Shown: positions 26,538 through 39,073 of the stretch, piece by piece
Numbering within the stretch: position 1 is the stretch's first letter
Layout of the letters: every line of letters begins with the position of its first letter
Assembly (NCBI GenBank): GCA_038087875.1
Contig: CM075987.1
Location: forward strand, 27,282,001 to 27,346,000
Source of the DNA: Malacoraja senta
Taxonomy: Eukaryota
Direction: 5' to 3'
Length of the DNA stretch: 64,000 nucleotides
Made by a program: the position numbers and the translations under genes
The notes under the pieces: model-generated
The model's input: the letters and a program-made list of their open reading frames with translations, nothing else
Database searches by the model: none
What the model was told of the DNA's origin: nothing

Positions 26538-28427
26538 ACCCGTTCCTTCTCTCCAGAGATGCTGCCTGTCCCGCTGAGTTACTCCAGCTGTTTGTGTCTA
26601 TCTAGCATTGCAGATTGGTTTTATTTGGTAAATTGTTTAAACTGTGCTTGCTGTAGAAGGATAGACCAATTTGGGTTGAAATAACTGGAGGAAAGTAAAA
26701 CTTATTAATAAATAATTTAGTATATTTCTGGAGCTGGAGTCTGATTGAGACTGGGGATAGCTCCTGCCCCTTGAAAGTTGCAGGGGTCTCTTTCTGCTTC
26801 ATTTGGTAACTTGCAATTACACATAAGATGCGAGCCATGCTGAGTGGGTATAAGAAACCCGGCAGTGCCATGACACAACAGAGATTCTTCCAAGGTTAAA
26901 ATGTGCTGTTTTTGCTGTTCCTGACCCTGGGCCAGTATAGACCAGACACAAAGTGGGTCAGGCAGCATAATAAGTTCAGAAGTTCCAGGAGCAGAATTAG
27001 GCCATTCGGCCCATCAATTCTACTCCGCCATTCAATCATGGCTGATCTATCTTTCCTTTCACCTATTCTCCTGTCATCTCCCCATAACCCCTGATACCCG
27101 TAATAATCAAAACCTGTCAATCTCCAGCTTAAAATATCCATTATTGGCCGCCACAGCCATCTGCGGCAATGAATTCCACAGATTCATCACCTCTGACTAA
27201 AGAAATTCCTCCTCATCTTCTTTCTAAAGAAATGTCTTAGATTCTCCCACTAGTGGAAACATCCTCTCCACATCCACTCTATCCAGGCCTTTCACTGTTC
27301 TGTACGTTTCAATGAGGCCCCCCCTCATCCTTCTACACTCCAGCAAGTACAGGCCCAGTGCTCATTCTCCACAGATGCTGCCTGACCCACTGAGTTACTC
27401 CAGCATTCTGCAAAACGTCACCTATCCATGTTCTCCACAGATGCTGTCTGACTCACTGAGTTACTCCAGCACTTTGTGAAACGTCACCTATCCATGTTCT
27501 CCACAGATGCTGCCTGACCCGCTGAGTTACTGCAGCACTTTCTTTGGTTATAAACTAGCATCAACATTTCCTTGTGTCTACATTTTCCAGAGATGCTGCC
27601 TGACCTGCTGAGTTTCTCCAGAATTGGATGTAAAGATTAAAACGATGTCTATCTTTAGTATAAACCACGTCTGCAGTTCCTTGTTTCTACATTCTAGTAT
27701 AGAAGCTGTTTCTCCTTTATGACTTTTGCTGGCGGGCGGAAGTCCGTTTGACTACGAAGAAGGGTCGAGAAGAAGCTGTGCTGATCTGGGACCATCTAAT
27801 CCACGCAGCGCGGAGCGGTAAAGGAAAACAAGTCGGCACTTTATGTGACGACTCCACTTGCTCGTGAATCGCCTTTACCGAAAATAAAACATCCCAGAGC
27901 TCTTGGAAAGTGGCAGCCCATTAATCTTCAGTGCTTCAGTTCAACCATTTGTTCTTTAACACAAGGTGACTTTATCAGCACCAGCACTCAATTAATGAAA
28001 TGCAAGTGATAAATCTCTGAGGAAACTGCAGAAATTATCAGCCTTTTGGACAGGATAGTGAGTAACGGCCTCAGTCTGCTAGCAAAAGTGATAAAGGAGA
28101 AAGAGAAAAAGGCAGCTAGCATCAATCACTCCCTAAAGATATACTCATTGACACATATAATTGCCAGTTATTCTAATGTTAATCGCTGTAAGTCAATGAT
28201 TCTCTGTTTCTCTTGATATTGGTTAGGGAGTAATAAAGTGGGATGGATCCTGGCAGGAAGGCACCACTGGGTCCACGGACTGCGAGGGCCGACTGCATCA
28301 TATCCAAGGGCGAAGAGGAAAAACGACCAAATTAACTGACGAAAAGCTTGAGTTACTTTACTATTAAAAAAAAGTCAGCTCTCAGCTAGGAGTTCACGAT
28401 GGTTTAAACCCAATCACATTTACTGTA

Positions 28428-28728
28428 CTTTTAGACTTTAGTGATACAGCGGGGAAACAGGCCCTTCGGCCCACCGAGTCCGTTCCAACCAGTGATCACC
28501 CCGCACACTAACAATACCCTACACACACTAGGGACAATTTACAATTTTACCAAAGCCAATTAACCTACAAACCTACACATCTTTGGATTGTAGGAGGAAA
28601 CTGGAGCACCTGGAGAAAACCCACATTCATAGGGAGAATGTACAAACTCCGTACAGAGAGGACCGGTGGTCAGGAACGAACCCCGGGTCTCTGGCGTTGT
28701 GTGGCAGCAACTCTACCGCTGCGCCACT
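28428..28728 (-). mobile_element. V-SINE (HE1-like)
   Basis: Reverse copy. Confidence 0.75.
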
Positions 28729-28836
28729 CCCATTGCATTGTTTTACGTAGAAAAAAAGAACTGTAGATGCTGGCTTACAAAAGAAGACACAATGTGCTGG
28801 AGTAACTAGGGCGGCAACGTGGCGCAGTGGTAAGAG

Positions 28837-29871
28837 CAGGTATGTTACAAAACTTACCTTCAGTCGCGCTGTAATTCTGCCACTGGCCGTGTGCGCGATT
28901 TTGGCGCCTTTAAGGGGGGGGCGGGGTTAAAACGCGGTTTCTCCTCCCTTGTCCTGGAAATATTTTGTTGGAGTACAAACCTTCGCTGACAAAATCGTTC
29001 CTACCGGCGTTTTGTGAATTTTTTTTGTTGTTAAATCGTCAATGTCAGCGCTACAGTCATTTTAAAAGCAGCTCCTGAAGCGTCAACGCCAATAACGGGG
29101 ACGGATTTCACACAATGGACAGGTAAACGAAAGTGCTTTCTTTAAATGTATAAAAGTGCTTCTTAAGAAGCCTTTAATTCACATTTTGTCATGCGACACG
29201 GTGATTTTATTCCCCGAATTAACGGCAGTATTTTTCATGCCAATACGGGGTTAAATTCACCGCAAATGAACGTTCCAAAGATCGCGTTCCAGAAATTCTC
29301 ACTCGCAAGATGAATTAAATCCCCATTAATTTACAGGTATTAAACATTCAATTCCTTCCCATTTGGCCTGTAAATTCATGAAAATTAGATTTAAAAATTA
29401 TGTTATATTGTGAATTATTGTGTGAATGTTATTTGGACACAGGCTATTTAAAATATTAATCTATTCTTAAGAAATTGATAGATGTTTAGATCTAGTAATT
29501 GAATTTTGTAATTAGCTACAATTAGGTAACTAACTAATTATATGCTTTACTTTCATGTCTTCGAAGTAAGATTGTTTCATATTTGTTTCAGAATGCTTCA
29601 ATCTATAATACCTGAAAATTTCTTTCAGTTACCATAATTTTTAAGCAAGTTATGGGCTTTTAACTGTCCTCGATCACAGCTTTTGTGTTAAGTCAATGGA
29701 AAAGCAATAGGGAACTAGATGCTAATTTCTGAGTATGATAATGGCCATAACTTTTTAATACTGAAGATATGAAAGTGAATTAAGTGTCAAATTAAACTTC
29801 TTTTTATGCTTTATCTGATGGGATAAATTGCAGACTTTATTTTTAAATCTCAAAATTTTGTAACATTGCTA
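28837..29871. mobile_element. Non-autonomous DNA transposon (~1035 bp) inserted in a V-SINE
   Basis: Imperfect TIRs CAGGTATGTTACAAAA / TTTTGTAACATTGCTA; GTAAGAG duplicated at 28830-28836 and 29872-29878; SINE head left of it and SINE body right of it. Confidence 0.8.
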
Positions 29872-30299
29872 GTAAGAGTTTATACGGCGTTTATCTGTAC
29901 GGAGTTTGTACATTCTCTCTGTGACCCTGTGGGTTTTCTCCGGGTGCTTCGGTTTTCCTCCCACATTCCAAAGACGTGCAGGTTTGTAGGTTAATTGGTT
30001 TGGTACAAATGTAGATTGACCCTAGTGTGTATCGGATAGTGTTAGTGTGCGGGGATCACTGGTCTCTAAACTAAATATCCTCGTCCATCATCCTCGTCTG
30101 TTCATCCTCAATGGAGAGTCTTCAAGTGAGAAGATTCACTTAACAAGTTCTGTATCTCCTGATATTGCACTAAACTCCCAAGAGCCATGGGGGGGGGGGG
30201 GGAATCAAAAATGACAAGAAAACAAAACTAGGCCCTAAAAGAGTTAAAACAGGGCATTTATATATATAAATCCCATGTGTTTTCTCTGAATTCTTTTAC

Positions 30300-30325
30300 A
30301 CACACACACACGCATATATATATAT

Positions 30326-30416
<91 letters not shown>

Positions 30417-30570
30417 TATGAAGTAACATTTAGCACTGTCCAAAAAAATGGTGATCTATATATACACACACATCCAAACATAGTGTGTGTGTGTGTGTGT
30501 GTGTGCGTGCGTGCGCGCGTGTATACACACACACACACACACAAACGTTTATGCACATACATATATATAT
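30300..30570. repeat. (TA)n, (TG)n and (CA)n microsatellite cluster
   Basis: ~100 bp TA run 30314-30413 plus TG/CA runs 30483-30543. Confidence 0.95.
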
Positions 30571-30761
30571 AGTTATGAAGTTACATTTTGCATTCTGTGC
30601 ATGTACAGAATGCAAATTTTAACTTCATAATTTATCAATTGCAGAATGACAAGCCCATTTCTGGCACCACTGTCTGAGCTCAGGTGAGGGAGCTAAATGC
30701 CCAACAGGGTGGGAAAGCTTTCAATGTATATAGCAAGACTGTGCAACGATTGACTACGCAC

Positions 30762-30885
30762 CACTCCAATGAGGTCACCGCGCCCATATTCTCCTGCCAG
30801 CTCTTTCTTCTTGTCGTCCCTCATGATGACTGACCGCAGCCGCCCATTCAACACGATAACCGTGCAATCCGATCTGTCCCCTTGC
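30762..30885 (-). CDS. PNPLA7: PNPLA7 coding exon (third cNMP-binding domain)
   Basis: 124 nt, tgcag/gtgcgt: [41 protein letters not shown]. Confidence 0.94.
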
Positions 30886-31026
30886 CTGCAGAGGAACCAT
30901 AACAAAGTTATTACTGCTGTGCCCTGGAGAAGCTGCTAGTTAATGCAAGTAAGCATGCACGCTGCATGCTGAAAACACCAGCAATGGTGCTGTCTTTAGC
31001 GATAGACAAGTAGAAACATGGATCTC

Positions 31027-33742
31027 CAAGTCAAGTCAAGGGAGTTTATTGTCATGTATCCCAGATAGGACAATTAAATTCTTGCTTGCTGCAGCACAAC
31101 AGAATATTGTAAGCATAAATACACAACAGATCAGTGTGTCCATATACCATAGAATATATATATACACACACATAAATAAACAGATAAAGTGCAATAGGCT
31201 GTTATAGTTCAGAGTTTGTTTGAAGTTGTGTTTAATAGTCTGATGGCTGTGGGGATGAAGCTATTCCTGAACCTGGATGTAGCAGATTTCAGGCTCCTGT
31301 ACCTTCTACCTGATGGCAGCGGAGAGATGAGTGTGTGACCAGGATGGTGCGGGTCCTTGCTGATACTGCCAGCCTTTTTGAGGCAGCGACTGTGATAGAT
31401 CCCCTCGATGGTGGGGAGGTCAGAGCCGATGATGGACTGAGCAGTGTTTACAACTTTTTGCAGCCTTTTCCGCTCCTGGACGCACAAGTTGCCGAACCAA
31501 GCCACGATGCAACCGGTCAGCATGCTCTCTACTGTGCACCTGTAGATGTTCGAGAGAGTCCTCTTTGACAAACCGACTCTCCGTAATCTTCTCAGGAAGT
31601 AGAGGCGCTGATGTGCTTTCTTTATAATTGCATCAGTGTGCTGGGACCAGGAGAGATCTTCGGAATATGCACGCCCAGGAATTTGAAGTTCTTGACCCTT
31701 TCCACCATCGACCCGTTGATATAAACAGGACCGTGGGTCCGTATCCTACCCCTTCCAAAGTCCACAATCAGTTCCTTGGTTTTGCTGGTGTTGAGGGCCA
31801 GGTTATTGTGCTGGCACCATATGGACAGTTGCTCGATCTCCCTTCTATACTCTGACTCATCCCCATCAGTGATACATCCCACAACAGTGTAGTCATCGGC
31901 GAACTTGATGATGGAGTTCGCACTATGACCGGCTACGCAGTCATGAGTATAGAGTGAGTACAGCAGGGGGCTAAGCACGCCGCCTTGAGGTGCTCCCATG
32001 CTGATTGTTATCGAGGATGACACATTTCCACCAATACGGACAGACTGTGGTCTGTGAATGAGGGAGTTGAGGATCCAATTGCAGAGGGATGCGCAGAGAC
32101 CCAGATCTGAGAGCTTGGTAACCAGCTTGGAGGGGATGATGGTATTAAATGCCGAGCTGTAATTGATTGATTGATTGATTAGATTTTATTGTCATTTGAA
32201 CCTCAAAGAGGCTCAAACGAAATTCCATTTCCACAGCAATACAAACAAAACAATTCCTACACGACACACAAACAATTCAATTTACAGAAAAACATCCATC
32301 ACAGTGAATCTCCTCCTCACTGTGATGGAAGGCAAAGTCTTTTCTCTCCCCTGCACCATTTTTTCTCCCGATGTTGAAGCCCCAGGCGGGCGATGTTAAG
32401 TCCCACGGCCGTTGAGGCTGCGCCGGGCGGTGTACGGCCTCGCTCCGGGCCCAAAAGTCACAAAGTTGGAGGCCCCGGCGGGCGCTGGAATGTCCCGCGG
32501 CCATTAAAGCCGCGCCGGGCGATTTACGGCCCCGCTCCGAGTCGTTCCAACCCCGCGACACGGGCGGGAGAAGTTGCGTTGCGGGAGCTCCGGAAAGCGG
32601 TCTCGCACCCGGACCCGCGAGCTCCCGATATCATAGTCCACAGGTCTGCAGCTGGAGCTCCGGAGTCGGGCCGCAGCAGCGAGCCACCACCGCTCCTCAC
32701 GCTCCGAGGCCGGCCAGCCCCACGGTGGTAAGTCCGCAGGCTCCGCGACTGGAGCCCCCAGGTCGTCCCGGTCGGAGGCCGCTCCACGGAGCTAGGCCCC
32801 AACGACAACGGAGACCCGACAGGGAAAAGGTCGGGTCTCCCGTGCAGGGAAGAGATTTTTTAAAGTTTCCCCCTCCCCCCCCCCCGCCCACATATACACA
32901 GTGAAAAACAATATTTTTAAAACCATAACTACATTTAACTAGACAAAAATTTAAAAAGACAGACGGACTGCAGTCGAGCCGCTGCCGTTAGGCGCCGCCA
33001 CTTCCTGACTTAATCAATGAATAACAGCCTGACATATGAGTTTTTGTTGTCCAAGTGGTCCAGAGTGGAGTGGAGAGCCAGTGAGATCGCATCCACCGTT
33101 GATCTGTTGTGGCGGTAAGCGAACTCCAGTGGGTCCAGGTTTTTGTCGAGGTACGAGTTGATTTGCGCCATGATCAACCTCTCAAAGCACTTCATCACCA
33201 CCGAAGTTAGTGCCACTGGTCGATAGTCATTGAGGCACATCACCTTGCTCTTCTTGGACACCGGTATAATTGATGCCCTTTTAAAGCAGGTGGGAACCTC
33301 AGACTCAGAAGTGAGAGGTTGAAAATGTCCGTAAAAACTCCAGCCAGTTGGTCCGCACAGGTTTTTAAAACACGACCAGGTATACCATCAGGTCCAGGCG
33401 CTTGCCGAGGGTTCACCCCTCTGAAGGATTTTCTGACGTCGGCCTCTGTGACTGTGACCGAAATACCATCACGGCGAATGGGGGCTCGGGAAGGCACATC
33501 AGTGTTCTCCCTATCAAAGCGTGCGTAAAACGCATTGAGCTCATCAGGAGGTGATGCTTCGCTGACATTTGAGCTGCCTCCTGATTTCGCCTTGTAGGAG
33601 GTGAGGGCATTCAAGCCCCGCCACAGCTGCCGAACATCTGTCTCATCCTCCAGCTTGGAGCAGAAGTCCCTATTGGCCTTTTTGATGGCCTTACCAAGGT
33701 CGTATCTGGACCTTGTAGACCTCTGTATCTCCAGACCTGAAT
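31027..33742 (-). mobile_element. Rex1/Babar-type LINE, 5'-truncated and frameshifted, interrupted by an insertion at 32164-33010
   Basis: ORF pieces with [66 protein letters not shown]; (CTTGA)n tail. Confidence 0.9.
32164..33010 (-). mobile_element. GC-rich non-autonomous retroelement inserted in the Rex RT
   Basis: Splits the LFIDYSSAF codons with TAAT on both sides; (AATC)n tail after AATAAA; CpG-rich body; related to 37062-37846. Confidence 0.8.
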
Positions 33743-34913
33743 GACTGGGATCTGGACTTCAGAAGATGCTGGTAAACAGAAAAGGACGCAATGTGCTGGA
33801 GTAACTCAGCGGGTCAGGCAGCATCTGTGGAGAACATGGATAGGTGACGTTTTAGTCAAGAGTCTTACGAAGGGTCGTGACTCGGAAAGTCACCTATCCA
33901 TGTTCTCCACAGATGCTGAGTTACTCCAGCACCCTGTGAAACGTCACCTATCCATGTTCTCCAGAGATGCTGCCTGACCCGCTGAGTTACTCCAGCACCC
34001 TGTGTGCCCTGTCTTTAGTGATGCATTGTATTATTTGTCCAATAAAATGACTGGATTTAGTCTGTTGTTCTGATCTGAGTTCTACATGGAGAAATTGTAA
34101 TATTTTCCAGTCATAATACAAGATGCAGTGATTCTCTAGACACAGCTAATGCCCTTCTCCATCCAGCCCATCCTCTGGTACATGCATCAGTGGGGCTCAG
34201 ACATGCACCAATGTGAGTCGGGAAGGTAGAAGAAACACATGATATCGTTCACGTTATAGGAGCAGAATTAGGCCATTCGGCCCATCGAGTCCACTCCGCC
34301 ATTCAATCATGGCTGATCTCTGCATCCCAATCCCATTTTCTTGCCTTCTCCCCATAACCCTTGACACCCGTTCTAATCAAGAATCTATCTATCTCTGCCT
34401 TAAAATATCCACTGACTTGGCCTCCACAGCCCTCTGTGGCAATGAGTTCCATAGATTAACTACCCTCTGACTAAAGAAGTCCCTCCTCACCTCCTTCCTA
34501 AAAGAGTGCCCTTTAATTCTGAGGCTGTGACCTCTGGTCCTAGACTCTCCCACCAGTACGTGGGATTGTTTCATGGGACAACTCGGGCGAGTAGACAGTG
34601 ACATCTTCAGCCGTGTAGATGCTCGAGCTGCTCTACCCGTGACCAACTGTGTCAGTGGATAACTGGACTTCCCCACATTGTCTTCAACCAGACAATGTAA
34701 ATTGATATGGAGTTTGAGTTTCAGTTGAGTTTATTGTCACGTGTACCGAGGTGCAGTGAAAAGCTTTTGTGGCCTGCTAACCAGTCGGCGGAAAGACAAT
34801 ACGCGATTACAATCGAGCCGTTTACAGAGCGGAGGATCAGTTTGTGGGATCATTCTTTTGCGAAGCCTCCTGTGGGACTATGAGCATCCTGCGTACATCA
34901 TGGACCTTAGTAC

Positions 34914-35045
34914 CTGTACACCGCTCGGCCCGCTTCCACTGCCATCCAGTCCAAGGCAAAGTCGATCTGTCTGACAAATGGAGACATCCTCCTCACCACC
35001 GTGTGAGCCACGGGTAACACCACGTTAGGCTTCTCTCTCATGATC
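34914..35045 (-). CDS. PNPLA7: PNPLA7 coding exon
   Basis: 132 nt, [47 protein letters not shown](R). Confidence 0.94.
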
Positions 35046-35541
35046 CTTTTAAATGGAAAATAAAACACTAATTAGTGCATGTTCAGTTTTCACAACCGCA
35101 ATCAAATCCAGTCTGTTTGCGTTACCAAAGACCAATATTATTTAGTTTAATAGGATTAACAAGCTCATCAGGAAGGCTGGCTCCATCCTGGGGGCGGAGT
35201 TGGATTCATGGGAGATGGTCTTGGAGGGGAGGATGCTCCTCAAACTGCGGAACGTCCTGGACAATACAGCTCACCCCCTCCAGGTCAACCTGAGGAGCAC
35301 CTTCAGCAACAGACTGGTTCCACCAAGATGCAGCACAGAACGCCACAGGAGATCCTTCTTCCCTGTGGCTATCAAACTGTACAACTCCTCCCCCTTCTGC
35401 CGTGGGGTAGACTGACTCCCCCCCCCCCACCGCCCCCTCCCCAATCTTTGCCCATCCCCCAAGCCTTTCCACTCGTCACTTTAATTTCATGCTCCATGCG
35501 TTTCTGTGTTTCTATGACAGTTGGAAGACTGTATTGTATCG

Positions 35542-35830
35542 TAGTTTAGAGATACAGCGCAGAAACAGGCCCTTCGGCCCATCGAGTCCACACTGACCAG
35601 CGATCCCCCTGCACACTAACACTACCCTGCATGCACCAGGGACAATTTACACTTATACCAAGCCAATTAACCTACAAACCTGTACGTCTTTGCAATGTGC
35701 GAGGAAACTGGAGCACCCGGAGAAAACCCATGCACTCACGGGGAGAACGTACAGACAGCACCCATAGTCAGGATCAAACCCGGGTCTCTGGCGCAGTGAG
35801 GCAGCAACTCTACCACTGCGCCACCGTGCC
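35542..35830 (-). mobile_element. V-SINE (HE1-like)
   Basis: Reverse copy. Confidence 0.75.
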
Positions 35831-36182
35831 ACCCTCGCGCTTTATGAAACTTTGAAATTATCTCACTACATAAAAACTACTCAATAAAGATTTTGAATCG
35901 GTTTCCAAAGCAAGACGGCAAGAATGAAGTTGAGAGATTTTTCCACACAAAGGGTGGTGGGTGTATGGAACGAGCTGCCAGAGGAGGTGGTTGAGGCTGG
36001 GACTATCACAATGTTTAAGAAACAGTTAGACAGGTACATGGATAGGACAGGTTTGGAGGGATATGGGCCAAACGCGGGCAGGTGGGACTAGTGTAGATGG
36101 GACATGTTGGCCAGTGTGGGCAAGTTGGGCCGAAGGGCCTGTTTCCACACTGTGTGACTCTGTGAGAGGCTGGTGGACTTAC

Positions 36183-36388
36183 TCGTAGAAGTGGCACTTG
36201 GAGATACACAGGAAGGTGCAGTCCCTCTGAGTCTTGATGCTGAAGATGAGGGGCTCCCCAGTCAGCACTGCCAGTTGGCCCACTATCTCACCCGGGTGGG
36301 CAACAAACAGGCAATTCTCCTCCTCCCTGTCGATCATTCGCTGGTAAACATGTAGCAGCCCCGACACCACAAAATGAATGCTGACATC
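36183..36388 (-). CDS. PNPLA7: PNPLA7 coding exon (second cNMP-binding domain)
   Basis: 206 nt, ccacag/gtaagt: [68 protein letters not shown](E). Confidence 0.95.
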
Positions 36389-36509
36389 CTGTGGAGGCAG
36401 CAACACTGGGTCAGTAAACACATTCGCCAGACTGAAATGTTCCTCTGTTGTCAATACAGCAGCAATTCTCTTTCTAGGCCACCATAGCCAAACTTATGGA
36501 AATTCAGCA

Positions 36510-36722
36510 AAGATAGACACAAAATGCTGGAGTTGCTGACCTGAACTCAGCTGGTCAGGCAGAATCTATGGAGAAAAGGAAGGGTTTTGGTTCGAGGAAG
36601 GGTTTTGACACGAAACGTCACCTATTCCTTTTCGACAGAAATGCTGCCTGACCCGCTGAGTTACACCAGCATTTGTATCTATCTTCGGCATAAACCAGCA
36701 TCTGCAGTTCCTTCCTTCACAA
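36510..36722. mobile_element. Penelope pLTR-derived fold-back element
   Basis: Inverted pLTR halves flanked by GGAAATTCAGCA at 36498-36509 and 36723-36734. Confidence 0.75.
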
Positions 36723-37061
36723 GGAAATTCAGCATCTTGCTTCAAACAAAAAGTAGTTAGACGAGATTGACTTATTCTTATTACCACATCGAAGGAGACC
36801 GTCATAACTAGAATTGTTGTACAGGTACTTGTAGATCATTGCTGCTAAATTAGCAACATCGTCAAGTATATTTTATAATACCGTACACGGTGGAACAGGC
36901 AGGGGACAGGAACAGCGGCGTGAACCTCACAAGTTAAACCCAAACTTTAACACAAGCCACACTTGCGCAGATACTGTAGAACAATTTTTGAATTCTAGAG
37001 TTTGTGCAGATCATTAGATTTTAAATGACTAGTCCAGAAAAAAAAATAAAAGTATAAAAGT

Positions 37062-37846
37062 ATCCTTTATTGTTATTCAGACATTTCAGTCTGGATGAAA
37101 TTGTGAACCTTGCAGTCATAACATAGAATAAAATAACAAAACACACACTTAACACAGTTTTACATCCACCACAGTGAGTCTACCAGGCAACTCCTCACTG
37201 TGATGGAAGGCAAAAGTCTTAAAGTCCTTGTCTCTTCCCGCCTTGTTCTCCCTCTGCGTTGAGGCGATCCAGGCTTCCGATGTTGTGACCCCGCCGGGTG
37301 ATGGTAAGTCCCGCGGCTGAATCCGAGCTCCGCAAACGGGCCGGTTCAAACTCCGCGGCCCAGGGCGGTCGAAGCTGCCGAAGCTGCCACCCTCCAGTCC
37401 AGCGGACGAAGCTGTTGTTGCGGGAGCTCCGGAAAAACAGGTCACCAACGTGTGACCTGCGAGCTCCCGACGATGTCGTCCACTCGGCCCGCGGCCGAGC
37501 CTCCGAGGCTCCGAAGTCGGGTCGCCGCCGCCGCAACAGCCCTGAAGTCGGCCAGTGAGTGGTGAGTCCTGGCTCTGCCTCCGGAGCCTCGAGGTCAGTC
37601 CCAGTTGGAGGCCGCCAACTCCGCCATTAGGCCTCAGCGCAGACGGAAACGGAGACGGGGGATATGACAAGAAAAGGTCGCATCCCCCCGAAGGAAGAGA
37701 CTAAAACAAGTCCCCCCCCCCCCCCTCACATACACAACTAAAATAAACTGAAATAAACTGTAACAACGAGACAAAAGAAAAGGAAAAAAAAGACAAACAG
37801 ACTGCAGGCGAGCCGCAGCTGCTAGGACAGCGCCGCCTCTTCCGGA
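37062..37846 (-). mobile_element. GC-rich non-autonomous retroelement, relative of 32164-33010
   Basis: Same architecture: 5' GGAAG(A/T)GGCGGCG..CGGCTCG.CTGCAGTC, G-run, CpG-rich body, 3' hairpin, AATAAA plus short-repeat tail. Confidence 0.7.
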
Positions 37847-37896
37847 AGAATTAGAAGAATTAATAAACCCGTGCAATCTTATTGCTTTTGTTTTAT

Positions 37897-38750
37897 CCAG
37901 TTGGGCCTTGTAACCAAAGTTAGATGGGCCTAACCAAAGTTAGTTGGGCCTGTAACCAAAGTTAGATGGGCCTTGTAACCAAAGTTAGTTGGGCCTGTAA
38001 CCAAAGTTAGTTGGGCCTGTAACCAAAGTTAGATGGGCCTTGTAACCAAAGTTAGATGGGCCTAACCAAAGTTAGTTGGGCCTGCAACCAAAGTTAGATG
38101 GGCCTTGTAACCAAAGTTAGATGGGCCTGTAACCAAAGTTAGTTGGGCCTAACCAAAGTTAGTTGGGCCTGTAACCAAAGTTAGATGGGCCTTGTAACCA
38201 AAGTTAGATGGGCCTAACCAAAGTTAGTTGGGCCTGCAACCAAAGTTAGATGGGCCTTGTAACCAAAGTTAGTTGGGCCTGTAACCAAAGTTAGATGGGC
38301 CTTGTAACCAAAGTTAGATGGGCCTAACCGAAGTTAGTTGGGCCTGTAACCAAAGTTAGTTGGGCCTGCAACCAAAGTTAGTTGGGCCTGCAACCAAAGT
38401 TAGTTGGGCCTGCAACCAAAGTTAGTTGGGCCTGTAACCAAAGTTAGATGGGCCTTGTAACCAAAGTTAGATGGGCCTAACCAAAGTTAGTTGGGCCTGC
38501 AACCAAAGTTAGATGGGCCTTGTAACCAAAGTTAGTTGGGCCTGTAACCAAAGTTAGATGGGCCTTGTAACCAAAGTTAGATGGGCCTAACCAAAGTTAG
38601 TTGGGCCTGTAACCAAAGTTAGTTGGGCCTGCAACCAAAGTTAGTTGGGCCTGTAACCAAAGTTAGTTGGGCCTGCAACCAAAGTTAGTTGGGCCTGTAA
38701 CCAAAGATAGTTGGGCCTGTAACCAAAGATAGTTGGGCCTGTAACCAAAG
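37897..38750. repeat. Minisatellite, 20/22/23-bp unit variants
   Basis: Roughly 39 tandem units of (T/C)AACCAAAGTTAG(A/T)TGGGCC plus nothing, TG or TTG. Confidence 0.95.
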
Positions 38751-38995
38751 ACAGGCGGAGGGGCAGGTAGTGTTGAGGAAGCAGGGACTCTTTACTGGAC
38801 TTTATCTTGCACTAAACGCTATTCCCTTTATCCTGTATCAGTACACTATGGATAGCCTGATTGTAAATATGTTTAGTCTTTCTGCCGATTGGTTTGCACC
38901 AACAAAACAAGCTTTTCACTGTACCTCAGTACACTTGCAATAAACAAAACTAATATTAATGAAAGGCTTAGACTTAAAGATTGCCGTGTTCTTAC

Positions 38996-39073
38996 CTGAT
39001 CACCTTGCCGTGCTACCACCATTCCTGCTTTCACTTGCTGAAGGCTCACCCTCCCATCCAGCAGTGACGGATC
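38996..39073 (-). CDS. PNPLA7: PNPLA7 coding exon
   Basis: 78 nt, ttcctag/gtaag: DPSLLDGRVSLQQVKAGMVVARQGDQ. Confidence 0.93.

Noticed and set aside
30244..30615. YI/VC-repeat ORFs
   Set aside because: Translations of dinucleotide microsatellites
32175..32891. Overlapping GC-rich ORFs (also 37149-37670, 45783-46228, 12184-12799)
   Set aside because: Stop-poor GC-rich transposon sequence; reading frames are not conserved between related copies
37897..38750. CRISPR-like array
   Set aside because: Units are directly tandem with no unique spacers and no cas genes; vertebrate intron minisatellite
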